Source of the DNA: an uncultured bacterium
GTDB taxonomy: Bacteria > Zixibacteria > MSB-5A5 > GN15 > FEB-12
DNA length: 64,000 nucleotides
NCBI GenBank assembly: GCA_965372795.1
Contig: CBDVDR010000001.1
Location: 192,001 to 256,000 of the forward strand
Reading direction: 5' to 3'
Below the pieces are notes generated by a model, which did no database searches, was not told the origin of the DNA, and saw only the letters and a list, made by a program, of their open reading frames with translations. Both the position numbers and the translations under genes were made by a program. Of this stretch, positions 39,954-49,749 are shown one piece after another (the first letter of the stretch is position 1; each line of letters begins with the position of its first letter).

Positions 39954-42163
39954 TCCCGCACCAGAAGGATTTTCCCCCTTGAAATATTCCCCTCATCGTC
40001 TGACAAAATAAATAGATAAACTCCCGAGGCAACCGGCTGGTCCTTTTGGTTGGTCCCATCCCAACTGTTGTTAATCGGAAAGGCATCAACCTCTTCCCCG
40101 GCTACAGTATAAATCCGGACGGTTCCGCTTCGGGCGTAATTAAACGATAGAACATCATTTTGATTGCTTATAACAAAAGGATTTGGAAAAGCTATTACAT
40201 TTTCAAGCTGCGCTGTCGGCGTTCCCACAAATGAAAGTATTTTTGAGATCCCCGAAGGTGTGCTGATATAGGTATCTCCGGTGTTACTATCAAAAGTAAC
40301 ATTGTTAATTCGATTGGAGACCAAGCCGCTGTTTTCCGAATTGTAAACTATGATCTCTCCGGTAGTAGCGTTTCTGAAACCCAACCCGTTAACAGACCCA
40401 ATCCAGAGATTTCCACGCCCGTCAAATTCTAAATCAGTAACATCCGAACTCATCATTTCCGGAAGGTCTATATCGACGTAAAACTCAAACCCGGGGTCGT
40501 ACCTTGAAAGTCCGAAGTTAGTCCCCACCCAAAGATTTCCCTCAGGTGAAAACTCAACCACTCTGATACTATTTGAGATTAAAAACATATTTTCAACCGT
40601 ATGATTTTCAATAATAATATCACTATGATCAAACGGATCACTTCCCAGATCGCACATATACAGCCCTATCGCTTCGGTGCCAACCGCAAGGGAATTACCA
40701 TAGACATCCAATGAAACGACAAACTCATTATTTATTCCATCACTCAAACCCAACGAATCCCACGAATTGATATTATCCAGATTATTCATATCGGCATACA
40801 CTATCGGATAACCATTTGCCGCCCGGTAACAGGCAGCATAAAGAAACTCACCATCTGTTTCCAATCCGTTTATCACCACAAAGGTCAACCCGAATGGAGG
40901 ATTATCAGTATTGCCGATCATGGAACTGTTCTGTTCGTCGTAATTAACAAATCCGTTCCCATCCTGCACCCATAAACCCTCGCCAAAGGTTCCAAACCAG
41001 GGGTTGCCCATTGAATCAGTCATCAGCAAGGTTGCATCTCGAAATATAGGCAGATCCGACCAGCTCAAATCAGCCAGCTGAATAGCAGCTCCGCCGGTAG
41101 TATACCCAACCGATATTTGACCGGCTTGATTTATAGCTAAATCTTCGATGTCATTCTGTTGTAATCCGGTAAAACTATATATCTGGAAATCTGTTTGACC
41201 TGAATATATGCCACCCTCGCTTGAGGCAAACCATCGAGCGTTATTATATGACAAACCTGTTATTGGTTTTAATGATGTTGTCAGCATGGTTGTGATTATC
41301 CCATCTTCAATAACCCCGATTCCACCGCTTGTAATATCATAGAAGTAAACGAACAACGAATCAGAAACAAAATTAAGCCGTGCATTCTCAAGGTCAGTTA
41401 ACCCATTAACAGGAGTAACAGTTTCACCATCAATATCAATCACAACCACAGCTCTCGGAGTAGCAGCATACAATTGCGATCCATAATTGACAACTGAAAG
41501 AATAGTATCATTCCCCAGTTCGCTATAGTTAAGCATTCCAAATGTTTTCCAGTTCAATGGTGAATTGAGCAAAGTTGGAATTGACCGATCAGCCACAGCC
41601 ACCCCGTTAGAAGTTGCCAGATAGATAGAATCATCTTTTAAGAAGATATCATACACCGCCGGAGATGGATTTAAATCGCCGAACAATTCATAGCTGTCCT
41701 GAATCTGACCGCCATCATTGATTTTAGAAAACAGAACCAGACCAATATCTGTCCCAACCCACAAGTTGTCGCCATCATCAACAACCCGATGCAGTTTAAT
41801 AAAATTATCATCCCTATCTTTAAATATAAACTGTTGAGAATTCTCAAAATCGAATTTAATCAACCGTCCGAAACCGGTAACCCATTTTTGCCCGTTCGCA
41901 TCCTTGATTATATCAGTTATATCGGTTGTCCCCAGTCCATCAGTATTGATAATTTTACGACCGGGTAATATAGGATCTGTAATTGCTAAAATCCCTCCGG
42001 ATGAAGCGATATAAAGAGTATCATTAATGACCTTCATAGTTCGAACGTCATTAAATGAAGTCATATTTTCCCAGTTAATATCCTGCGCAGATAAAGACAG
42101 ACATAATCCGAAAATTATACTTATAAAATAAGTTACGCCGGAATGAATTTTCTTATTAACCAT
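39950..42163 (-). CDS. PorZ-like secreted beta-propeller protein with CTD
   Basis: Signal peptide; repeated GNLWVGT..GL blades; tail VIAFPNP...IYTVAG...WDG...SGVYL...GKILLVR. Confidence 0.7.
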   Translation of the reverse strand: MVNKKIHSGVTYFISIIFGLCLSLSAQDINWENMTSFNDVRTMKVINDTLYIASSGGILAITDPILPGRKIINTDGLGTTDITDIIKDANGQKWVTGFGRLIKFDFENSQQFIFKDRDDNFIKLHRVVDDGDNLWVGTDIGLVLFSKINDGGQIQDSYELFGDLNPSPAVYDIFLKDDSIYLATSNGVAVADRSIPTLLNSPLNWKTFGMLNYSELGNDTILSVVNYGSQLYAATPRAVVVIDIDGETVTPVNGLTDLENARLNFVSDSLFVYFYDITSGGIGVIEDGIITTMLTTSLKPITGLSYNNARWFASSEGGIYSGQTDFQIYSFTGLQQNDIEDLAINQAGQISVGYTTGGAAIQLADLSWSDLPIFRDATLLMTDSMGNPWFGTFGEGLWVQDGNGFVNYDEQNSSMIGNTDNPPFGLTFVVINGLETDGEFLYAACYRAANGYPIVYADMNNLDNINSWDSLGLSDGINNEFVVSLDVYGNSLAVGTEAIGLYMCDLGSDPFDHSDIIIENHTVENMFLISNSIRVVEFSPEGNLWVGTNFGLSRYDPGFEFYVDIDLPEMMSSDVTDLEFDGRGNLWIGSVNGLGFRNATTGEIIVYNSENSGLVSNRINNVTFDSNTGDTYISTPSGISKILSFVGTPTAQLENVIAFPNPFVISNQNDVLSFNYARSGTVRIYTVAGEEVDAFPINNSWDGTNQKDQPVASGVYLFILSDDEGNISRGKILLVRE

Positions 42164-43716
42164 ATTAAAACCAATATACCGATAGTTGAGATCAATATCA
42201 AGAATGAGATATAACCAATCAGATCACCATATTGTGTAAAAATTGAGTATTGTTCGAGCCGCTGAACACTTCCTACCATCGCTGAAACATCATATATGCC
42301 CAGCTCCTGCCTGATTCTTCCATAGTCATCGACAATATAACTAATACCGCTGTTAGCGACTCTGACACCCCAGCATCTATTTTCAACCGCCCGGGTTAAA
42401 AATATTCTGGAGTGCATATGAATCCCGACAGATTTTTTAAACCAGGTATCATTAGTAATGCCTACAATAAATTCGGCTCCTTCTCTTATAGAAGTACGAA
42501 CAAACTCTGGAAAGGTCGATTCAAAACAAATCAACACCGAATAAGTTGCCTCGGGCAGCTCAAACAGTTTTAAACTGTCTCCGGCATAAAAATCTGACCA
42601 CCATTGAACATTATAGGTCTCGATGAAGGTTAAATATTTCTTAAGAACTTTTTCCCTTAGAAACGGCACATAATCCTGATATGGTACTCGTTCTGCGAAC
42701 GGAACCAATTTCAATTTATCATATCTTTTTTCGATCATCCCCGAAGGGTTGAACTGATAACACGAATTATAATGAAACTCGTCATTCTGATTCAACTTTG
42801 CCCCTAAAGCCCCAACGAGATGATAGCCGTTTGTTTTTTTAGCAGTGTTACCGATTGCAGTCTGAGCCACCCGATCATGAGTAAGATAGCAGGGTGCCGA
42901 TGTTTCTGGCCAGATATACAAATTTATTGAATCATCAGCAATTGTTTGAGCCAGCGAATCATACAAATTATAACTATGAGCCTTATTATTTTTAGACCAT
43001 TTCACATCTAACGGAACCGAGCCCTGCAAAAGCGCCACCGGGTAATCACCCGGCACAGGATATTTAGGAACTACGATCCACCCATACGAGGTTAACATAG
43101 TTAAGATCAATAAAGATGAAAAAACGGCACTGATTTTGCGTTCGGGTGAAACCGACTTTCGAAAAAGCTGCATCAATAAAATATTAACCACTATAATTAT
43201 AAACGACAAACCATGAACCGATGTTACCGATACAATTTGAAGGATATATAAGTAATATGACTGGGTATAACCTAAATCTGACCAGGGAAATGCAAATTCC
43301 GAGAGATTCCGTAAATACTCCATCCCGACCCATAAAAACGGTAAAGTAACCAGACCATAAATCTTTTTAAAGTTATAGAGCTTTGAAAAAATTAGCAGCA
43401 CTATTGCATAGTAAAATGCTATATAAAAAACTGCCCCAATCATTCCCGGCGGTGTTACCAGTGCGATCCAATACATTGTGAAAAGGCTGAAAAAGAAACC
43501 AAAATAATACGATGCGTTAAACGCTTCTCGTCTGTTAAGAGAACCGATTATAAAAAACGGTCGCGCCAAAGACAGCCAGGCTAAAAATCCGAAATAACTG
43601 GAATAGAATGATAATGATAATAAGAATGCCCAGATAAGAAGCTCAAAACGTCGTTTCCGAAGATTAATAGCTTCCGGGATTATAACCCGATATAATTTTG
43701 AAAAAAATTTACTCAG
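42133..43716 (-). CDS. lnt: Apolipoprotein N-acyltransferase; probable CTG start
   Basis: FPWSDLGYTQ, WPE, KLKLVPFAE, ICFES, TNDTWF, RAVEN; N-terminal LSF...FLAW segment lies upstream of the first canonical start. Confidence 0.93.
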   Translation of the reverse strand: MSKFFSKLYRVIIPEAINLRKRRFELLIWAFLLSLSFYSSYFGFLAWLSLARPFFIIGSLNRREAFNASYYFGFFFSLFTMYWIALVTPPGMIGAVFYIAFYYAIVLLIFSKLYNFKKIYGLVTLPFLWVGMEYLRNLSEFAFPWSDLGYTQSYYLYILQIVSVTSVHGLSFIIIVVNILLMQLFRKSVSPERKISAVFSSLLILTMLTSYGWIVVPKYPVPGDYPVALLQGSVPLDVKWSKNNKAHSYNLYDSLAQTIADDSINLYIWPETSAPCYLTHDRVAQTAIGNTAKKTNGYHLVGALGAKLNQNDEFHYNSCYQFNPSGMIEKRYDKLKLVPFAERVPYQDYVPFLREKVLKKYLTFIETYNVQWWSDFYAGDSLKLFELPEATYSVLICFESTFPEFVRTSIREGAEFIVGITNDTWFKKSVGIHMHSRIFLTRAVENRCWGVRVANSGISYIVDDYGRIRQELGIYDVSAMVGSVQRLEQYSIFTQYGDLIGYISFLILISTIGILVLIWLIRKFIPA

Positions 43717-43720
43717 AGTG

Positions 43721-45259
43721 CTACCCTCTAACTAATAAAGATTTCCCGGTCATTTCCTTAGGCTGAACAAGCTTAAGAATATCAAGAATAGTCGGTGCGA
43801 TATCAGCCAGAATTCCTTCACCTTGTAATTGAATATTTCCAAGTTTATTTGAAGGATCAAACAGTATGCACGGCACCAAATTCGTAGTATGAGCTGTCCA
43901 GGGACAATCGTTCTCACGATCAATCATTTTTTCAGCATTTCCATGGTCGGCAGTTATAATTGCCACCCCATTTTGATTCTTAACCGCTTCAAGCAACCGG
44001 CCAAGTCCCGTATCAACCGCCTCAACCGCTTTGACTGCAGCCTCAATTATTCCCGTATGTCCAACCATATCACAATTTGCATAATTTAATAAAACAAAAT
44101 CATACTTACCCGACTCAATATTTTTAACCGCCTTATCAGTAACTTCTACCGATGACATCCCCGGCTGTAAATCATAGGTTGCTACTTTCGGCGAGGCAAC
44201 CAATTCCCGGTCTTCTCCCTCAAACGGAATTTCAGAACCACCGTTAAAAAAGAAAGTCACATGAGCATATTTTTCGGTCTCGGCGGTACGAAGCTGTTTC
44301 ATAGATGCTTCAGCAATAACCTCACCCAAAATTCGAGTTGGTCGGCTCGGTGGAAAGGCAACTTTGACCTCGGTCATTTTAGCATCATACTCAGTCATCG
44401 TTACCAAATCGACTTTTGGATTGGAGGGAGATTTGTATCCTTTTATATCTCTATCAAGCATCAGATACGAAATCTGCCTGACCCGATCAGAACGGAAATT
44501 AAATATTATTGCCAGATCTCCATCCTGTAAACGACCATCACGTTCCGTTCCATTATCAATAACAATCGGTTTAATAAATTCATCAGTAATATTTTCAGCA
44601 TACGATACCTTGACTGCTTCAATCGGATTATCAGATTTTATTCCTTCACCCAACGTAATTGCCCGCCAGCCTTGATCAATTCTCTCCCAGCGGTTATCCC
44701 GATCCATCCCGTAATACCGCCCCTGAATTGTAGCAATTTTACCTAATCCTATTTGATCAAATTTATCAAGGGTCTGCTGTAAATACTTAACCCCGCTTGT
44801 CGGAGGAGTATCCCGACCATCCATGAAAGCGTGCAGATAGAGTTTCTCTACCCCTTTGTCTTTAGCTATTTGTACCAGAGCATATAAATGGTCTAATGAA
44901 GAATGAACTTTACCATCCGACAGAAGTCCGAAAAGGTGAACAGGATTTCCTAAGGAAGCAGCTTTTTCAATTCCTTCGACAAAATTTTTATTAATGAAAA
45001 ATGATCTGTCTTCAATAGCTTTATCAATCCGCGATATATCCTGATAGATGACCCGTCCGGCGCCAAGATTGAGATGTCCCACTTCACTGTTACCCATCTG
45101 GCCATCGGGCAGACCGACCGCCAAACCGGAGCCATCAATTTTTGTATGAGGACAACTGCTTAATAAATTATCATAAGTCGGAGTATGGGCAAGTGAGATT
45201 GCATTATCGGAGGCGTCTTCCCTAAGTCCAAACCCGTCAAGAATGCAAAGTAAAACCAT
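43721..45259 (-). CDS. gpmI: 2,3-BPG-independent phosphoglycerate mutase
   Basis: ILDGFG, GNSEVGH, DGRD, AETEKYAHVT, TADHGNAE. Confidence 0.97.
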   Translation of the reverse strand: MVLLCILDGFGLREDASDNAISLAHTPTYDNLLSSCPHTKIDGSGLAVGLPDGQMGNSEVGHLNLGAGRVIYQDISRIDKAIEDRSFFINKNFVEGIEKAASLGNPVHLFGLLSDGKVHSSLDHLYALVQIAKDKGVEKLYLHAFMDGRDTPPTSGVKYLQQTLDKFDQIGLGKIATIQGRYYGMDRDNRWERIDQGWRAITLGEGIKSDNPIEAVKVSYAENITDEFIKPIVIDNGTERDGRLQDGDLAIIFNFRSDRVRQISYLMLDRDIKGYKSPSNPKVDLVTMTEYDAKMTEVKVAFPPSRPTRILGEVIAEASMKQLRTAETEKYAHVTFFFNGGSEIPFEGEDRELVASPKVATYDLQPGMSSVEVTDKAVKNIESGKYDFVLLNYANCDMVGHTGIIEAAVKAVEAVDTGLGRLLEAVKNQNGVAIITADHGNAEKMIDRENDCPWTAHTTNLVPCILFDPSNKLGNIQLQGEGILADIAPTILDILKLVQPKEMTGKSLLVRG

Positions 45260-45261
45260 TG

Positions 45262-46314
45262 TTAGTCAACCAGCTTAACTATTTTTTCACCACTTATTAT
45301 CTGCCCGATACGATAAACTGTTTCATTCATTCCTTCGAGGAATTTTGTCACATCATCTGCAACATCAGGTGAAACAACCAGAATATAACCTATTCCCATA
45401 TTGAAGGCTGAGTAAATATCATCAGGATCAATATTGCCGGCTTTTTTAAGATAATCGAAAATCGGGAGTACATCCCAGGTACCTTTTTTGATCTCAGCAG
45501 ATAACCCGTCCGGCAAAATCCGTTTTAAATTCCCCGGAATTCCACCTCCGGTTATATGAGCCATGCCGTTAATCGTATGTTTATCTAAAAGCGGATGAAT
45601 AATCGGAGCATAACAGCGATGAACTTTCATCAAGGCTTCACTTATTGTACAACCAAGTTCATCAACCATATCAGTCGGCTTATGTCTGGCAATTTCGAAA
45701 GCAACTTTACGAGCTAAAGTATAACCGTTGGTATGCAGACCGTTGGAAGCCAGCCCCAAACAGATATCGCCTTCTTTGATGGTTGAGCCGTTGACAATTT
45801 TATCTTCATCAACCACCCCAACGATAAATCCGGCAAGATCATATTCTCCGGCTTGATATAAACCCGGCATTTCAGCCGTTTCACCGCCTAATAAAGCCAT
45901 TTTTGAATTACGACATCCACGACTTAAACCGTCTACTATACCAGTGATTGTATCCGGTTTGAGCTTTCCGGTTGCGATATAATCCAGAAAGAATAATGCC
46001 CGGGCACCATGAACCAAAATATCATTAACACAATGATTAACCAAATCTTCACCTACGGTATCATGTTTGTCATTCATGAAAGCCAGTTTCAACTTGGTAC
46101 CAACACCATCAGCCGAAGAAATCGTAACCGGACTTTTTATCCCAGAAAAATCAGGTTTAAAAAACCCGCCAAAGGCTCCGATCCCGGTTAAGACTTGCTT
46201 GTTGAAAGTTGTTGCCACCATTTGCTTTATGCGCTCGACGGATTTTTCGCCGGCTTTGACATCCACACCGCTATCAGCGTAGGTTAATTTTGTATTTTGA
46301 TTATTTTCTGTCAT
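45262..46314 (-). CDS. purM: Phosphoribosylformylglycinamidine cyclo-ligase
   Basis: DGVGTK, GGETAEMP, SNGLHTNG, HITGGG, FNMGIG. Confidence 0.97.
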   Translation of the reverse strand: MTENNQNTKLTYADSGVDVKAGEKSVERIKQMVATTFNKQVLTGIGAFGGFFKPDFSGIKSPVTISSADGVGTKLKLAFMNDKHDTVGEDLVNHCVNDILVHGARALFFLDYIATGKLKPDTITGIVDGLSRGCRNSKMALLGGETAEMPGLYQAGEYDLAGFIVGVVDEDKIVNGSTIKEGDICLGLASNGLHTNGYTLARKVAFEIARHKPTDMVDELGCTISEALMKVHRCYAPIIHPLLDKHTINGMAHITGGGIPGNLKRILPDGLSAEIKKGTWDVLPIFDYLKKAGNIDPDDIYSAFNMGIGYILVVSPDVADDVTKFLEGMNETVYRIGQIISGEKIVKLVD

Positions 46315-46425
46315 GGAAATATATACAAATGTCCAACTCCAAAGTCAACTGTCATTGCCCTCATACCTGCAATTTCAGCTATAATCGAACTTGCTAATAT
46401 ATCAGAATAAACCTAATTTTCCGGT

Positions 46426-47202
46426 ATGAAAAAATCCCCATATACAATACCCGAAATCTATGAAATTGCTTTCAATTTTAGAGATTTCAAAGAAGCTGTC
46501 GATTTTCTTGTAGAATCTGCAAAATCTACCGGTTTAAAAAATATCGATGCTATGGTAGAACTCGGCTGTGGTCCGGGGCAATATTGCTCTGAATTTGCCA
46601 AAAGAGAAATCGTCTCGTTTGGATTAGACATTTCTCCTGAGATGATAAATTATCTTAACCAAAAATCCAGGAACTTGAGTTGTAACGGAATTGAAGGAGA
46701 TTTTAGAAATTTCAAACTGCCTCAAAAAGTCAAACTTGCTGTTTGCATGATGGACACCTTTTCACATCTGCTGACCAACCGGGATGTCATCGACCATCTC
46801 AATTCGGTGGCTGATAATCTTACTTCGCAGGGGGTTTATATTATCGAATTGACCCATCCGAGAGATTTTCTTACTCAAGAAAAAAGCACTAAAAATGTCT
46901 GGACGATGGAACGTGATGGAATTTCTGTATCAACCGATTGGGGGTCTGATCCAACAGTTGATCCTTTAACAGAGATAGCAACATCAAATGTCTTAATAAA
47001 GGTCGAAAAAGATGGTAAATCCGATTCTTTCGAATTCGAGACCGAGACTAGATTGTATACCGCAGGATTGATGAGAGCTTTGATTGAGATGTCGGGACGG
47101 TTTAATATTACAACGATGTATGGTGATCTTAATATTGATCAGCCCTTCGATAACAGCAAAAAATCATGGCGCATGATATTAGTATTGAAGAAATTTGAGT
47201 AG
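46426..47202 (+). CDS. Class I SAM-dependent methyltransferase
   Basis: ELGCGPG, GLDISPEM, GDFRNF. Confidence 0.85.
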   Translation: MKKSPYTIPEIYEIAFNFRDFKEAVDFLVESAKSTGLKNIDAMVELGCGPGQYCSEFAKREIVSFGLDISPEMINYLNQKSRNLSCNGIEGDFRNFKLPQKVKLAVCMMDTFSHLLTNRDVIDHLNSVADNLTSQGVYIIELTHPRDFLTQEKSTKNVWTMERDGISVSTDWGSDPTVDPLTEIATSNVLIKVEKDGKSDSFEFETETRLYTAGLMRALIEMSGRFNITTMYGDLNIDQPFDNSKKSWRMILVLKKFE

Positions 47203-47267
47203 TGCAGGAACTCTGGGTGGATGTGATCCTAACGTTTTGGCAGAACCACTAAAGGGTTCTGCCCTAC
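47194..47267. repeat. Inverted pair of GTAG-type REP-like palindromes (REPIN-like)
   Basis: TTTGAGTAGTGCAGG...TCCTAAC (+) facing GTAGGGCAGAACC-CTTTAGT-GGTTCTGCC (-); junction matches 15243-15271. Confidence 0.7.
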
Positions 47268-47273
47268 GAGAAC

Positions 47274-47837
47274 TTAATCTCCATAAGTAAATCCAATTTT
47301 ACCACCTTCTTGTCTTTTCATTTTAAATGTTAGTAATTTTGATTTTAGAATTTGATCCTGATCATCTTTTATTTTGAATTCAAATTCGAATAAGATATTG
47401 TTGATTTCCATTGGAATGTGAATATTATTATTTTTATTAAAATATATATATTGATATTTTTCTTTATTCCAATTTCCAGTATAGGTAGGTTCTTCACTAC
47501 TAGAAAGCACCTTGATTTTTTCCCCGGTTTCAAGAAAAGTGACTTCAACAGTATCTATAATTATTTTTACATTGAATTTATTATCAAAAAGTTTTTCAAC
47601 TTTTATAAGTGGTTGAAATAATATTGTATCAAGGTCAGGAATTTCATTTACGCCTGCTTGTTTATAAAATGCTCTTAATTCTGGAGCATGAATAATCCAC
47701 TTATCTACTGTAATATTATTAAATGACTTATCTTCAACAACAAATTGACGAGTTCTTAATTTTGTTAGACACCCCAACAAGACAAATATTACTAAATTAA
47801 CAAAGAAAATAAATTTAAAAATATTTTGGGTGTTCAT
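47274..47837 (-). CDS. Hypothetical AT-rich lipoprotein (187 aa)
   Basis: AGGAGA SD then MNTQNIFK...VLLG-C lipobox; the ORF-track extension runs through repeat DNA. Confidence 0.65.
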   Translation of the reverse strand: MNTQNIFKFIFFVNLVIFVLLGCLTKLRTRQFVVEDKSFNNITVDKWIIHAPELRAFYKQAGVNEIPDLDTILFQPLIKVEKLFDNKFNVKIIIDTVEVTFLETGEKIKVLSSSEEPTYTGNWNKEKYQYIYFNKNNNIHIPMEINNILFEFEFKIKDDQDQILKSKLLTFKMKRQEGGKIGFTYGD

Positions 47838-47860
47838 AACATCTCCTAATAAATATTCTC

Positions 47861-47977
47861 GTGGCCGGCAGATGTCCTCGTCTGTCGCTTTCAAGAATTG
47901 TGAGGAGCACAGAGCTCCTGACTTACTCAAACTCAAAAACACACGAAGTGTGTCATTGCGAACGAAGTGAAGCAATT
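47861..47977. repeat. Cluster of three REP-like palindromes
   Basis: GTGGCCGGCAGATG-TCCT-CGTCTGTCG (+); GTAAGTCAGGAGC-TCTGT-GCTCCTCAC (-); TGTCATTGCGAACGAAGTGAAGCAATT (+). Confidence 0.65.
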
Positions 47978-47986
47978 CCCCCCTGA

Positions 47987-48973
47987 CTAACTGCCCTCTT
48001 CCCTGAGTATATCTAAAACCGTTTTGAAATCATCCGGCAGCTCGGTCTCAAACTTCATTTCTTCCCCGCTCTTGGGATGCACAAATTCCAATCGAGCCGC
48101 ATGCAACGCCTGACGATCATACATCTCAAGCAATTTTTTACTTAGTGGACGTTCCGGTCCAAACATCCCTTTATGCCATTTCGCCCGACCACCATAATCC
48201 GGATCGCCAAAAACAGGATGGCCGATATGTGACAGATGCACTCTGATCTGGTGGGTGCGACCGGTTTTTAATTGTAATTCAAGTAAATCATAGGAACGGA
48301 ATCGTTCCTTAAGTTTATATCCTGTTTGAGCTTCCCGGCTGTTATAATTTGTCACAATCATTTTCTTTCGATCTTTAATTGATCTCCCAATCGGAAGATC
48401 GACTTCCCCTTCATCTTCTTGCATATGCCCGCAAACCAGAGCTGTATAAATGCGTTTGACTTCCCTTTTCTGAATAGCTTCCTGCAATTTTTGAAGTATT
48501 TCATCAGTCTTGGCAACCAATAGCAAGCCTGATGTATTTTTATCAAGCCGGTGTACGATTCCCGGGCGGTCAACGGGAGAAGATTCAGGCAGATGATCAA
48601 AATGATAAATTATCGCATTAACCAATGTACCCGTGTAATTCCCTGCCCCCGGATGGGTAACCATTCCGGCAGGTTTGTTTATCACCGCCAGATAATCATC
48701 CTCGAAAACAATTTCAAGCGGAATATCCTCACCAACAATTTCTGATTTTTCAACCGGAGGAATAGACACAACTATTTTATCACCGGTTGCTACTTTATGT
48801 TTTTTATTAGCAACTTTATCATTGATTAAGATTAATTCATCTAAAATTAATTTCTGAACCCGACTTCGACTCAGGTTCAATTCGGAAACTTCACTTAAAA
48901 ATTTATCAAGCCTTAGTTTGCTAAATTCCTCTTGAACAGTAACTTCAACTATTTCATTTTTTGTAGTGCTCAA
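47987..48973 (-). CDS. rluD: RluA-family pseudouridine synthase with S4 domain
   Basis: RLDKFL S4 domain, NKPAG, HRLDKNTSG, TGRTHQIRVH, QALHA. Confidence 0.92.
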   Translation of the reverse strand: MSTTKNEIVEVTVQEEFSKLRLDKFLSEVSELNLSRSRVQKLILDELILINDKVANKKHKVATGDKIVVSIPPVEKSEIVGEDIPLEIVFEDDYLAVINKPAGMVTHPGAGNYTGTLVNAIIYHFDHLPESSPVDRPGIVHRLDKNTSGLLLVAKTDEILQKLQEAIQKREVKRIYTALVCGHMQEDEGEVDLPIGRSIKDRKKMIVTNYNSREAQTGYKLKERFRSYDLLELQLKTGRTHQIRVHLSHIGHPVFGDPDYGGRAKWHKGMFGPERPLSKKLLEMYDRQALHAARLEFVHPKSGEEMKFETELPDDFKTVLDILREEGS

Positions 48974-48981
48974 TGTTTCAC

Positions 48982-49713
48982 CTAATTCGAAATGGGTTGA
49001 TATTGAAGTTGAGTAACCATCTCACGCACTGCTCGGTCAATCCCGACCAGCATGGACCTGGCACAAATCGAATATCCGATCACGAATTCATCGATAATAC
49101 CAATCTCAACCAGCGGTCGAACATTTTTATAATTCAAGCCACGCCCGCAAAGAACTGATAAATTTGATTTAACCGCAGAGTTTGCCGCTCTGTCGATCCG
49201 GTCAAGTTCGGTTTGAGCCTCATCAATTGATCTGGCATCGCTGTAACGGGAACAATCAAGCAAGACCGCCGATGCTCCGTTACGGGCAGCACCTTTTACA
49301 CTATCCTGCTCCGGTTCTACAAAGTAACAAACATTAACTGCCACGCCCTTAAACCGGGCGGCAAGATCACCAAAATCAGCAGTAACTGAATTAAAATCAA
49401 TCGGCGATACAGGTGAACTGCTGTCGGCATGATCAGCCACAAAGGTTACCATCCACGGCTTGACTTCAATAGCCTTTTCAATAAGTTCATCAGCCGGTGA
49501 AATTTCAATCGTTAATTTTGTTTTAACTACCCCGCGCAATAGATAAAGATCACGATCACGGATATGTTTGCGATTCCGCATTAATTGTACAGCAATGCCA
49601 TCAGCACCGGCTATTTCAGCCAATACTGCCGCCTGGCAGGGATCAGGTTCGCCTAAATGTCTTGTTTCCCGTAAGGCAGCAACCATATCTAAATTTACTG
49701 AAAGTAACGACAC
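48982..49713 (-). CDS. pdxJ: PdxJ-family protein with degenerate active site
   Basis: VNLD..A.LR..R...PDP..AA..AE.AGADGI pattern aligns end to end with PNP synthase; catalytic His residues substituted. Confidence 0.8.
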   Translation of the reverse strand: MSLLSVNLDMVAALRETRHLGEPDPCQAAVLAEIAGADGIAVQLMRNRKHIRDRDLYLLRGVVKTKLTIEISPADELIEKAIEVKPWMVTFVADHADSSSPVSPIDFNSVTADFGDLAARFKGVAVNVCYFVEPEQDSVKGAARNGASAVLLDCSRYSDARSIDEAQTELDRIDRAANSAVKSNLSVLCGRGLNYKNVRPLVEIGIIDEFVIGYSICARSMLVGIDRAVREMVTQLQYQPISN

Positions 49714-49749
49714 AACCCGCTCCTTTATTTTATTTCTGTATACGACTTA

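Noticed and set aside
47838..47975. 46-aa extension of the orphan lipoprotein
   Set aside because: Runs through palindromic repeats; SD and signal peptide start at 47837
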